Source: Octopus sinensis (lineage: Eukaryota). From it: a stretch of DNA of 64,000 nucleotides. The position numbers and the translations under genes were made by a program. The notes under the pieces were generated by a model, which had not been told where the DNA came from, ran no database searches, and saw only the letters and a program-made list of their open reading frames with translations. Of the stretch, positions 26,706-38,920 are shown piece after piece; positions within the stretch are counted from its first letter, which is position 1, and every line of letters begins with the position of its first letter. The DNA lies in contig NC_043002.1 of NCBI RefSeq assembly GCF_006345805.1, positions 15,004,001 through 15,068,000 of the forward strand. Direction: 5' to 3'.

Positions 26706-28799
26706 CTATAGAAGATAGTGTGATATTAGAAACGTTTTGATACAATATCAATCAAATAAAATATGTACTTATAGCCACTTACATTTCTTCTGATGAGGGA
26801 GAGATTTGATGATTGATTGTTTATTTTCGGCATATCCAATAGTGATGTAGAAGTCTCTTCGTTGAATTGCATAAATGGACGAATATTTGTCTTCTAACAC
26901 GAGCATAGCCGGTGACCGAGAAGTGACAAATTCGACGGATTAAATGTTTTAAGAGATATTTGGTTGTTCTTTCTATAAGAATGCGTAAGAGTCTCATCTG
27001 TTTGCACAAAGCAATCTGAATGCCGAACATACTGATCTTATATTTATAACTCTATAGTTTGTGCAATAAATGATTGCTTGCAAGATTTATGAAATCGCTT
27101 AATACTTCTATAATTTCTTACTCGTGTAAATTCATAGAATTTGCAATATATCATGTTCTCAAATCGTTTTGATGCTCTATAAAAGAAATTAATCGCAATA
27201 TAATTTGTAGTTTGCCAGACATAGATATGCAGAAACATATTTGATCGATATATTCTATGGATTATCTTTGCAACTATGTAGACAATAATAGTACAACGAA
27301 TTCTCTGAAATGTCTTGTTACAAATAAACAATAGAGTGTCTGAAATGAATCTCATTCCGGTTGTTGATTTTCTGAAAGTTATTCGGAGAAGAACCAAATA
27401 ATCTAAGATTGCGTTGAGATTATCAGTGCTGTTTTCCGAAGATATACATTGTATTCTATTATATTAGCATAAATGGAAACCATAAATTATCATCTAAAAT
27501 TAAATATGTATTTCGGAATATATATCTATTGAGATTCAGGTGAAACATTCGATTGTTTTTTTTTTATCGGAATATCTGAACTTAGTTACGATGAATACAA
27601 ACATGCAGGCATGATAATATTACTGCGACAACACACATACTTTTCTGCAAACACTTTGACTTTGCATGCACAGAAGAAACTACAACCCGGAAAAGATGCA
27701 GTGAAGTTGCTGCGACTTTTTTGCAATACATTCTGATATTAAAAAAATAGAAACCAAAGGAGTAAATAATGTAGTCGCCGAAAAAATGGAGGTAGATACT
27801 GCAATTGATTTTAGACGATCTTTTGACACAATTTTAGAAGGAAATGAGAAAGGTAAAAACAAGAAAATCCTTCTGAGTAGAAGTATTAATTGCTGGGGCA
27901 GAGAAGAGAGCTAGATCATGTTCATACTGATTAAAATTGGAGCCTTATGAAGATTGGCAAATAATCTGAGGACAATCACAGAAATAATAGGAATGGGTGC
28001 AGAAAAGGGAACATATCTCCGAGGTTCATTACCGTAAAAAATAATCAGCGCAATGACTCAACCGATTTGCGCCGCAGAAACAGAAAATAAACTTATCTAC
28101 AAAATTTTCGAAATGCTCTGCTCTCCACACATGCATATAAATATACGTGTGCATATGTATACAAATTTACATACGCTTCTATCTATTTATCTATATCTTA
28201 TATATGTGTGTGTGTGTGCGTGTGTGAAAATCACGTGATCAAGTGACTGACCAGAATATCAGATGTTCTTACATGAGGCTGGTTACAACGTGCTTTGCAT
28301 CTTTTTACCATTCGAATGAATCATCCCGCCTAGCCAGGCGAGAGATAGATAGAGAGATAGTTAGAAAGATATATAAACATATACATGAATATATCTATAA
28401 ATATAGTGATATATGTGATTATATATGTAACGTCATATTTATGTACATAAGAGTGCTCCCTACGCAATGTTCTTAGTTTATGCAATGCAACTAGAAAATA
28501 AGTGGAATTATCAAAATACACTTTATGCTTTTAAATATATCTTAAGATGCCTTAACAATCAGACAAGGAAGTAGATGAGTCTAGATATGCTCTGTAGTTG
28601 AACAATCAATGCTGTTGAACTCTCTATATGAAAATAAATTCGGTTGAATTATGTTCTGTATTTCTTTGTGATTCCATTTCTCAGCATCAGAAAGTAACGG
28701 TGTATGACGCGCATTCTATAAATTTTGATTCTTTCTCAAGAGTGACACGCATTCATTCGAGGTAGATAACTCCACTGCCGTTTTAAGAAGAGTTTCCTA

Positions 28800-29590
28800 A
28801 CATCAAATCAGTTGTTGTAGCATATCAACTACATCCAGGCGATTCCATGGATGACATAAGACAAAGGGAGTGTGACGTGCAGTATTGTGAGGCCCGTCTC
28901 CGTCTCTTAGTTGGCTTGCAGGATATAATTTGCACTGGTTCATTGTCCTAGTGTAAGTGACTCTGACTTGAGCGGAAGAGCTAATGCCTTTTGCGACGAA
29001 ATACCATCCTGAACCTCCTCAAAATCCAATTGTCGACAGTCTTAAAATGTATATGATGCCCTTGCAGTCGAAAACAGCAATAATCATTCGCTTCCTGGTA
29101 GACTTGCTTTGCCAGTGTGCTTCCGTTGGTTTCACTGTCTATCTGTGTGTGGATCATAACCGTACACCCAGTTTCCATCACGTGTCATAAGAGACTCAAG
29201 TACTGAAGGTAAAGTGCTCAGTCATCCTCTTGCTGTGGCCATCGAGTCCTTCTTTTACTTCATGACTAATCTCCCTGGAAACACTTTGCAGAAATTTTGC
29301 GCATGTTCAGATCTTGATGAATAATTCTGTGCACAGTCACCATGCAAACCCAAAACAGCATGATTGAAATTATAGAGACTTTGTCTTCATTCATTAAATT
29401 ACGGATTTTCTCAATCAACTTTGATTCTCCCACGTCACTCTCTCTTCTATCGAAGAAAGAATTCCCGGCTTATAAAAGCTATTCCACGAGTAGTAGCAGT
29501 CTTTCATATATTTCGCAAATTCTGCTTGTTCTGCCTAACACAAAACATTATTGGAAAGGGAGGTTCAAAATTGCCTTCACGTTACAACTA
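28800..29590 (-). pseudogene. decayed mariner transposase
   Basis: Minus-strand LMTRDGNWVYGYDP (cf. TGDETWVYGYDP) and MIIAVFDCKGIIY (cf. VM.TVFFD.KGI). Confidence 0.7.
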
Positions 29591-30533
29591 CTTTTCTGCA
29601 AACTGCTAAGCTGTGATAAGTAGAGTTTAGCAGGCTGTATTGAAAGCGGTGTTACAGCCTTATCGTTCAATCTAGCATAAATTTGGCCGGCCAGCTTATT
29701 AGACATATAGTAATAATATACTAAGATTATAATAACGTAAGACAATTATTACTGCTTCTTCTAAAAGCCCCTCAAACCGTCTGAAATGCACTTCGTATCT
29801 ACCTCCAGCCAAATTCATATGATTTAGCAAACGAGAGTTATTTGACGATACTTCGATCTGATATAAATACCTTGCAAGTCTACAGATTTTACTCACTCTC
29901 ATCGAAATATGACTTGTATGTTGGTATAATACCGTGTACAGTTCACTGAATAAAACAGTGTAAAGATTACATCTTGGAAACCGTTGATTATTGGTGTGAA
30001 CTAAGTTTCGCTAGAGGCTACGAAACGAGAATAAACATAGTGTACTATGAAGAACTGATCGGAAACTACACTAGCTTACGCTATGTGAAAATATTATTCA
30101 CATGACACCAGGTCAGCTAAGAGATATTATGGATAACACAGTCTCTGTATAGGTACAGATAACATTGAAAGACATTTTACAAACAGAAACAATAAACTTC
30201 TTATCAGAAAATATCATCAATACTCAAAACATACAATACATCTCTCTTGTTCGTAGTCCTTGACTGTGATAGCTACACGCACGTCATACCATGCTCGTTG
30301 CCTTTAGACGGAGCAACTACTCATCACAAAAAAAAAAAGTGCTCGCTTGTTAGGCGTGGTGTATTAGTATTCGAATTGCTGCGGGGATAGAGATGCAAAC
30401 TTTCTCTCATTCTTTCCTCCTGCATCTTGCAGCTCACCTGCGACGGAGCAGCGTCCTGTCCTGTTGGGAATCTCTACATCAAGGAAACCGGGAAACCGGT
30501 CCTATGATCCAGGCACGGCTCGAGAAAGAACAA

Positions 30534-30567
<34 letters not shown>

Positions 30568-31327
30568 TTGATTTTCTCAGATAAAAGCACGTGACGGAAG
30601 ATATAAAAAATGTTATAATTTAAATATAGTGTGGACTAGCACTTTTGCACTTACATTTTTGCTGGTCGTCTCACATCATCACCTCTCATTCAGAATCCTT
30701 ATTACAAATTATAATGATTGGGTATGGATATGACACACAACAGGCACAATGTTTCATTAAAAAAAAACACAATGCGTAATATCCACTTATAAGTTTGCAA
30801 TTGGTAGCAATTTACAATAGTGGCCGAAAACTTTTGCACGGTACTGTATACAGGCGTAGGCATGGCGGAATATATACAAAGCTTGCTTCCCAGGCGCATG
30901 GATTCATTTTCAGTCCCATTAAGTGACATCTCTCTCAAGTATGTTCTGCTATAGCCTCGGGCCAACTAGATAATCTCAGATTGAGTTACGTAGATGGAAA
31001 CTGAAAATAGTATGCTACAAACACGCACGCACCCACAAACACACACACACATCCACAAATGTGTATATAAATTTATGTCCGTGTATTTTTGACTCTGTCG
31101 CTGGATCTTTTTAACAACTGTCGGTTGAATTATGCTGGTACAAACACACAAAGCCACATATCTCTACATGCATATGTATTTTCACATATGGATATATTTG
31201 TGTGTTTAAAAAATGTGTATGTGTATATACGTGTATCGTGTTCATATGGACAGGAGGATATATATATCGCAGATTGATTATATATTTATCCATATAGAGA
31301 GAAGTGTATTTCTAATGCAAATTTCGG

Positions 31328-31362
<35 letters not shown>

Positions 31363-31377
31363 ATATATATATATAAC

Positions 31378-31457
<80 letters not shown>

Positions 31458-31540
31458 GGTCCCGGGTTGATTCGGGGTTAACCACAGTAAATAAGGTACT
31501 CAATACATAGCAGAGTAAAATTAATTTATTATATAGAAGG

Positions 31541-31591
31541 AGCTTCTACAGGACTAGAACTGTTTCATTCAAGAGAAATCATCAGGAAGCT
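31541..31591 (-). ncRNA. type-I hammerhead ribozyme
   Basis: AGCUUC-CUGAUGA-UUUC-UCUU-GAAU-GAAA-CAG-UUCUAGUC-CUG-UA-GAAGCU. Stem I has 6 bp, stem III has 4 bp, triplet GUA. Stem II is weak, with a U-U closing pair. Confidence 0.7.
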
Positions 31592-31595
31592 AGTT

Positions 31596-31656
<61 letters not shown>

Positions 31657-31672
31657 TATATATATATTATAT

Positions 31673-31727
<55 letters not shown>

Positions 31728-31744
31728 GTATTTATATACATATA

Positions 31745-32351
31745 CGAAGAAGGCAAGCAGGGCAAGCAACAGATAGGCGGCGATGGGGAAACGGAAAATA
31801 ACCACCCGGATGAAAATACCTATGCAGAAAGGAACCAGTGGACAACCGTCCAACGGAGGAAGAAAAAACAGAGAGGAACTGGGGACAAGAAAACCCAGAT
31901 AACATGCAAATTCTTCCGGAATGGTACCTGCTGGCATGGAGAAACAGGGGAAGGATGCAGGTTCGCTCATCCCAGGCCCTATGGAATTTGCATCAAACCC
32001 ACTCGACCAAAATGCCTTAACCAAAACCAAGACCGAAACCAAAACCAGAACAAATACAAGCTGCCCCAGAAATATGCAGACATAGTGCGTAATGCCCCAA
32101 CAAGGAGAAGGCGCACATTTGCAGAGGAAATGCAGACGGCGGCAGCAGAACAAAGAAATTTTGTGGAAATAGCAGATAAAATTGTGGGACAACTGGCCTG
32201 GATACATCGTCTTCAGAGCCAGGGGCACTCACAACAGCACTCAAGACCACCACAATCAAGGGACCCAGAGTGGCCACCGCTGACACCAGCCCAGGTGCCA
32301 CACCGTCAGCCTTTATTGACACCCCAAATATCTCACCAGTGCTTCTGCTGA
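31745..32351 (+). CDS. LINE ORF1 (5'-truncated) with a CCCH zinc finger
   Basis: [23 protein letters not shown] (C-x7-C-x8-C-x3-H), preceded by a basic [10 protein letters not shown] patch. Confidence 0.75.
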
Positions 32352-33976
32352 ATGTCAGAGGTCTGGTGAAACCCACTAATATGAGTAAAATTCCTTACCT
32401 TAGGGACTTAAGCACAAGCAACCATGCAATATGCATAGCGCTGACTGAAACGCACCTGTCAAGCAGTATAGCAGATGCAGAAATACACATACCAAAGTAT
32501 ACTGTTTTTCGGTCAGACAGGAAGGAAAGAACTCATGGTGGGGTTGCCCTGTACGTCCGTGAAGATGTCACACCCATAGTACTGTTGACACACTCAAACT
32601 CAGTCTGTGACACACTGATAGTACACATGAAACAACCGAAAATAGTAATATGTGTCACATATCGGCCACCAGACACCCCTAGTCATGAAGGAGTGTTTGA
32701 AGATAGCCTCACAAGAATAGAAGAAGTCCTGGACAAACTGGACCAGGGTAACACCATTCTACTGCTGGGAGATTTTAACCTTCCGAACGTCAAATGGCCA
32801 CATGGCCATCTCCTCCCTGCAATGACATCACTTGAACAGAGACAGACAGAGTCCTTGTTGGCTCTCACACGCAAGTTTTTCATGGAGCAAGCAGTGCTTC
32901 GGCCAACAAGAGGTGAGAATGTCTTGGACCTCTGTTTCACAAGCAACCCGATGCTCATCCACAACATAATGGTAACACCAACAATTCTCTCAGATCACAA
33001 CTTAGTAGAGGTAATGATATATGGTATGAGAGAGTTAGTTGAGACGCAGCCATTAGAAAATACCACAGGCCTATCCAGTCTAAACTTCCATAAGGCAAAC
33101 TGGAAGAAGATCAACGAAGAGATCCGAAAACATGACTGGAGTACCTTCATCACCACACAAGACACCAACACACATTTCCAACATTTCATGACAACAATAC
33201 AGAACATATGCCATAAGTTTGTCCCGGAGAAAAAAGCTAGCGGGCATAGGAACGTTATTCCCAGAGACAGGAAAATACTTATGAGGCGAAGAGCTAAGCT
33301 CTCGAAGCAACTGAATGCACGGCAGAGAAACAATGAGGGACACCACCTGAAACTTTTTGAAACGGAAACTGCACTCAAACTTTCCTATGAGAAGGAGAGG
33401 GCAGAGAGAGAAGCCAGGGCCATAGAGAATATTAAAACAAACCCTAAAGCCTTCTTTAAATTTGCGAAAGAAACCACCTCGGTACACTGCAAGATTGGCC
33501 CACTCTTTGATAAAAAGGGCTCTCTAACTGAGGACCCCCAAGGGATAAGTGAAATACTAAAGGAACAGTATAAAAGTGTGTTCACATCCCCTCTTGGGCA
33601 CATGCAAATCACAAACACAGAAGTTTTCTTTGATGCCACAACACTCCAACACCAAACAACAACCATCGACCACATAGACATAACAGAGAGGGATGTAATA
33701 TCTGCCATAGAAGAAATAAGAATAAACTCAGCTGCTGGACCAGATGGATTCCCAGCAGTCCTCCTAAAAACGTGCAGGCATGCCCTAGCGGGACCACTGA
33801 AGAAGCTCTTCAGTGGTTCCTTGGCTAACGGTAAACTGCCCAGGGCGCTAAAAGAAGGCACCATATGCCCTATCCACAAAGGAGGGAGTAGAGCAGAGGC
33901 CAAAAACTACAGGCCAGTCTCCCTGACGTCACACATAAGTAAGGTCATGGAACGAATCATCAGAAAAAAAAACTGA
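32270..33976 (+). CDS. LINE ORF2, endonuclease to start of RT (568 aa open segment; RT continues through frameshifts to 35285)
   Basis: ORF track plus the motifs above. The frame breaks at the A-run 33964-33973. Confidence 0.9.
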   Translation: MATADTSPGATPSAFIDTPNISPVLLLNVRGLVKPTNMSKIPYLRDLSTSNHAICIALTETHLSSSIADAEIHIPKYTVFRSDRKERTHGGVALYVREDVTPIVLLTHSNSVCDTLIVHMKQPKIVICVTYRPPDTPSHEGVFEDSLTRIEEVLDKLDQGNTILLLGDFNLPNVKWPHGHLLPAMTSLEQRQTESLLALTRKFFMEQAVLRPTRGENVLDLCFTSNPMLIHNIMVTPTILSDHNLVEVMIYGMRELVETQPLENTTGLSSLNFHKANWKKINEEIRKHDWSTFITTQDTNTHFQHFMTTIQNICHKFVPEKKASGHRNVIPRDRKILMRRRAKLSKQLNARQRNNEGHHLKLFETETALKLSYEKERAEREARAIENIKTNPKAFFKFAKETTSVHCKIGPLFDKKGSLTEDPQGISEILKEQYKSVFTSPLGHMQITNTEVFFDATTLQHQTTTIDHIDITERDVISAIEEIRINSAAGPDGFPAVLLKTCRHALAGPLKKLFSGSLANGKLPRALKEGTICPIHKGGSRAEAKNYRPVSLTSHISKVMERIIRKKN

Positions 33977-35358
33977 TCACGTTCCTCGAAGAAACTAACC
34001 GTCTCACTGACACACAGCATGGCTTTCGCCCAGGAAGAAGCTGCCTTACGCAGCTGTTACAACACTACGACTGGGTACTGAAACAACTACTGGATCGCTC
34101 ACAGGTGGATGTGGTATATCTCGACTTTGCGAAGGCCTTTGACAAAGTCGACCACGAGTGATATGTCACAATTTAACTCAGACCGGCATAACAGGAAAAG
34201 TAGGTGAGTGGATACATGACTTCCTGAAGGACAGAAGCCAGATGGCTGCAGCCAATGGAGCCCTCTCGGGAAAGACACCAATAGCAAGCGGAGTGCCACA
34301 GGGCACAGTCTTGGGACCCTTGCTGTTTTTGGTGGCGCTCTCTGACATGCCTTGGTAGCACAACACATCCCTCACTAGCTATGCTGATGACACAAGGTAG
34401 CACAGGCAATCAAAAACCCAGCTGATGCTGACCTTTTACAACAAGATCTGGATGCCATATACAATGGGCTGAAGACAACAACATGCAATTTAATGCTGGT
34501 AAATTTTCAAGCCTTACAATATCAAGCTGTAAACACATATACATTAAAAAACAACTATACTGGTCCAGGAGGGATCGAAATCCCAGTATCGAAATCAATA
34601 CGGGACCTGGGGATAGACATAGTGACGATGCATCTTTTTCTTCACGCATCGCGAAGGTGGCGACAATGTGCAGACGACTCACTGCTGGATCCTGAGGACA
34701 TCCGGACAAGAACTGCGAGACCATGTTGACACTATGGAGGACATTTGTCCTAAGCCGCCTGGACTACGTGTCCCAACTGTGGTCACCGCATAGTGTGAAA
34801 CTAACACAGAGCTTGAGACAATCCAAAGACATTTCACCAAGAGGATTTCCACCATGAAAGAAAAGAACTATTGGGAGAGGCTTAGGGAAATCAATTTGTA
34901 CTCCTTGGAACGAAGACGAGAGAGATATGCAGTGATATACATATGGAAAATCCTGGAGGGACTAGCACCAAATTTTGGAATTGAGAGCTGTTCCAATCCC
35001 CGTACAGGACGTCACTGTGTGGTGCCAAAGGTCCCGTCTTCCACATCCAGGGTAAGGAGCAGATACTGTAATAGCCTGGGGTTCAGGGGCCCTCAGCTGT
35101 TCAACAAAATGCCAAGAAAACTAAGAGATCTACATGATGCGGATGTGGACATTTTCAAAAAACATCTAGACAAGCTGCTTTCCGGGATCCCAGATGAACC
35201 CACTGCAAGGTACGAAGGTAACCTAAGGGCAGCAGCTACAAACTCTCTCTTAGATCAGTGGCCAGCCACGCCAAACTGGACTTAGAGAGGGTAGCAACAA
35301 GGGCGGTGGCCCAGCATGGCCTCAGCCAGATGGCTGAAACAAGTAAAAGTGTAAAAGA

Positions 35359-35389
<31 letters not shown>

Positions 35390-35515
35390 TATATTTAACA
35401 ATTAAGGATAACTTCTTAATAAGGAATCTTAACAAGCAATTATCAGGTAGATAACGTGAAAAACCCCATAAGAGAAAAATTTCGAAAATAATTCTTTCTT
35501 ATTGAACATATTAAT

Positions 35516-35820
35516 TTATATATAGAAGGCATTATTACACATAAGTGCCTCACGCTAAGAGGGACATCAGTCATTTCTACCAAAAAATTTTACTAATCAT
35601 ACCCAATGCAATTTTTCAGTAAGACTGATGAGCATGGTCGCAAATTCTTCTGCGGTAAGTGCGAAATCACAGGTGATATAAGACTAAATTCATTTTTTAA
35701 ATGTCTTGCTTTGAAAAATTGCATTGGGTATGATTAGTAAAATTTTTTGGTAGAAATGACTGATGTCCCTCTTAGCGTGAGGCATTTATGTGTAATAATG
35801 CCCTCTATATATAAATTATA
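35516..35820. repeat. inverted repeat, ~108 bp arms
   Basis: taatttatatatagaaggcatt...caatttttca versus tgaaaaattg...gccctctatatataaatta. Confidence 0.9.
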
Positions 35821-35877
35821 TATATATATATAAAAGGAGATGTGGAACACGAATTGTGATATATAAAAAAAGGAAAT

Positions 35878-36217
35878 GAAGAAAATGCTGACAAAATAAT
35901 TTAAGTAAGGGAGAGTGTATTTAATTAGGTGAAAGTTATTTTTACCCGTTGCGCATTTGTTATGCCTATCAAAAGATATATTTTTAAGAGCGATAGAGTT
36001 CCTTTCTGATAGATTTTTTTTCTCTTATCTGACTTTTGCTGTCTCGCAAAGCCAACATAAAGTCAGATAAGAGAAAAAAATCTATCAGAAAGGAACTCTA
36101 TCTCTCTTAAAAAAATTTCTTTTGATAGGCATAACAAATGCGCAACGGGTAAAAAGAACTTTCATCGTATTAAATTACACTCTCACTTACTTAAATTATT
36201 TTGTCAGCATTTTCTTC
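35878..36217. repeat. palindromic MITE-like element, ~155 bp arms, ~30 nt spacer
   Basis: gaagaaaatgctgacaaaat...ttatctgacttt versus aaagtcagataag...gtcagcattttcttc. Confidence 0.9.
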
Positions 36218-36227
36218 TTCATTTTCG

Positions 36228-36259
<32 letters not shown>

Positions 36260-36262
36260 CTA

Positions 36263-36353
<91 letters not shown>

Positions 36354-36395
36354 TATGTATATATATATTATATATATATATATATATATGTATAT

Positions 36396-36683
36396 ATGTT
36401 ATTTATTTATTTAATTATTTATGCGCCCTTTTTATGCCCAGCTAGGCTCATGGGCACTGTTTTCACGGTTTCTATGGCGTACGTCATACATGTGGTCGGG
36501 ACGTTACTCAAAAAACAGGAAGAAACGGTGAGAGACGTTGGGACGAAGAAGTACAACAGGGGCCACCAACCCCCTGCCGGAGACTCGTTGAACTTATGTG
36601 TTTTGCGCAATAAACACACACAACGCCCGGTCTGGGAATTCAAAACCAATCCTCCGACCGTGAGTCCGTTGCTCTAACACTGG

Positions 36684-36779
<96 letters not shown>

Positions 36780-36790
36780 ATATATACATA

Positions 36791-36830
<40 letters not shown>

Positions 36831-37121
36831 ATATGTATATTTATTTAATTATTTATGCGCCTTTTTATGCCCAGCTAGGCTCATGGCATGTTTTCACGGT
36901 TTCTATGGCGTACGTCATACCCCATGTGGTCGGGACGTTACTCAAGAACAGGAAGAAACGGTGAGAGACGGTTGGGACGAAAGAGTACAACAGGGGCCAC
37001 CAACCCCCTGCCGGAGACTCGTTGAACTTTATGTGTTTTTGCGCAATAAACACACACAACGCCCGGTCTGGGAATCAAAACCACGATCCTCCGACCGTGA
37101 GTCCGTTGCTCTAACCACTGG

Positions 37122-37126
<5 letters not shown>
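36396..37126. repeat. tandem duplication (~295 bp unit plus (TA)n) containing a family C SINE head
   Basis: Copies at 36396-36688 and ~36830-37126 differ mostly by small indels. Confidence 0.85.
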
Positions 37127-37208
<82 letters not shown>

Positions 37209-37210
37209 TG

Positions 37211-37276
<66 letters not shown>

Positions 37277-38599
37277 CTGTGTTGTGTGGTGTGTGTGTGT
37301 TGAGTGTGGTGGGGACTAAAATATATGCTTTCATCATTATATACGTTTGATATATTTTAGATACTTGATTTTTCTGACATGAAATTGTTTCTTTAGTTTT
37401 ATTCTCTCCAGTATATAAGTATCCATCCACATTTTCTTCATGGGACATATCGAAAGTATTATATAAAGTACCACTTGAAAGGATTTTCAATACATCTGAT
37501 TTGCTGTACGTTTGAAAAACGGATGAAAAAATAACGTTAATTTCTTAAAATCACTTAAGAATAAGCATATCGACAATATTAGGAATGTAGAAAAAAATTG
37601 CTGCCCAATGCATTGAAAGGGAATTACAGACTCCATGGCACTTTACAAGTAGCTCTCTTTATGTGATATTATTTTGGAATATGCATTATAGAAATGTTGT
37701 ATGATTTTATATTATATGTATAAATGTATACATAAAGCGATAAATAGATAAATAAATAAATATATATATATATTTATTTATTTATTCATTTATTCATTTA
37801 TTTATCTATTTATGTATATATATATGTATATATGCGTTTATATATGTGTATATATATATACATATATATATATATATCATTATATGTATATATGCGTATA
37901 TATACGTATATATCTGTGTTTGTGTATATACATGCATATTTACTTTGTTGCAGCTATATCACGGACGTAATATATATTTCTTTATTTTCATTGTTTAATC
38001 CCAATCAAGATTCATTTAGCGTGCATTGAATATTTGGTAAAATGTAAACCTTTATATTTTATATTTATTTTATTAAGAAAAAAACTACACATATACCAAA
38101 ATGTTACGGAAGATATACAGTTACAATTTAGTAAAAACGTTTTCTTTCCCGACAAAGTTGAGAAAAGAAAGAAAGTGAACGCTATTCTATGTATTTTTAA
38201 AATACGTAATGTATAGAATATTAGATACATTTTGAAACATTTTTCTAAACGCTGGTGAAAAGATTTAGATGTTTAGATTCATTAGACGTATTTCCGTTCG
38301 GACAATTACTTGGTGCTATGAAGTAAAATGAGATGACAGCCAAAAGCTTTAGTGTGTAGTATGTAGTAGATGTATTATGTCGGTTATATAATCTTATACA
38401 AACACATGAAACCGAACTGAATGTAAATACACGTATATATATATATATTACTGATTCAAATATTTGTAACAATGACAATATAAAGATATTGATGACGACA
38501 TGTCTCTCTGAATATCAGGAGAAAGAAAGGTGCAGCGTGACAGAGTATTTAAGTAGCTTTTTCGTATTCCCGCAGCACACCATTCGGTCCTGTGTCACC

Positions 38600-38920
38600 G
38601 ATCAACTTGTTGTTTGTTTGTTCCTTCTCGAGCCATGCCTAGCTCATAAGGGCCGGTTTCCCGGTTTCCTTGGCGTATAGGTTCCCCACCTGGACGGGAC
38701 GCCGGTCCGTTGCAGGTGAGCTACTAAATGCGGGAGGAAAGAGTGAGAAAAATTTGTGGCGAAAGAGTCAGCAGAGTTTCGCCATTATCCTCTGTCGGAG
38801 CCGCGTGAAGCGTAGGTGTTTTGCTCATAAACATACACATCGCCCTGTCTGAGATCCGAACCCGCGATCCCTCGACCGCGAGTCCGCTGCTTTAACCATT
38901 AGGCCATGGGCCTCCACACT
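38600..38920 (-). mobile_element. SINE with a family C head and a distinct tail (tail also at ~30400-30535, + strand)
   Basis: The tail gttccttctcgagccatgcc...ccggtttcccggtttccttg is the reverse complement of 30480-30535. Confidence 0.7.

Larger units (their letters stand above)
31745..35360 (+). mobile_element. near-full-length CR1-group LINE (ORF1 plus APE-RT ORF2, frameshifted)
   Basis: APE motifs [32 protein letters not shown] motifs NYRPVSLTSHISKVMERI, QHGFRPGRSCLTQLL, YLDFAKAFDKVDH, SGVPQGTVLGPLLF, SYADDT. C-terminus YSLERRRERY; stop at 35285; short 3' UTR and (GTAAAA)-type tail. Confidence 0.95.

Noticed and set aside
33080-34724. Antisense and alternate-frame ORFs over the CR1 LINE (likewise over the Tx1 and mariner)
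   Set aside because: They are shadow ORFs of GC-richer TE coding sequence.
35750-35810. ctgatgt hammerhead-like motif in the inverted repeat
   Set aside because: A9 is missing and there is no GAAA after the stem.
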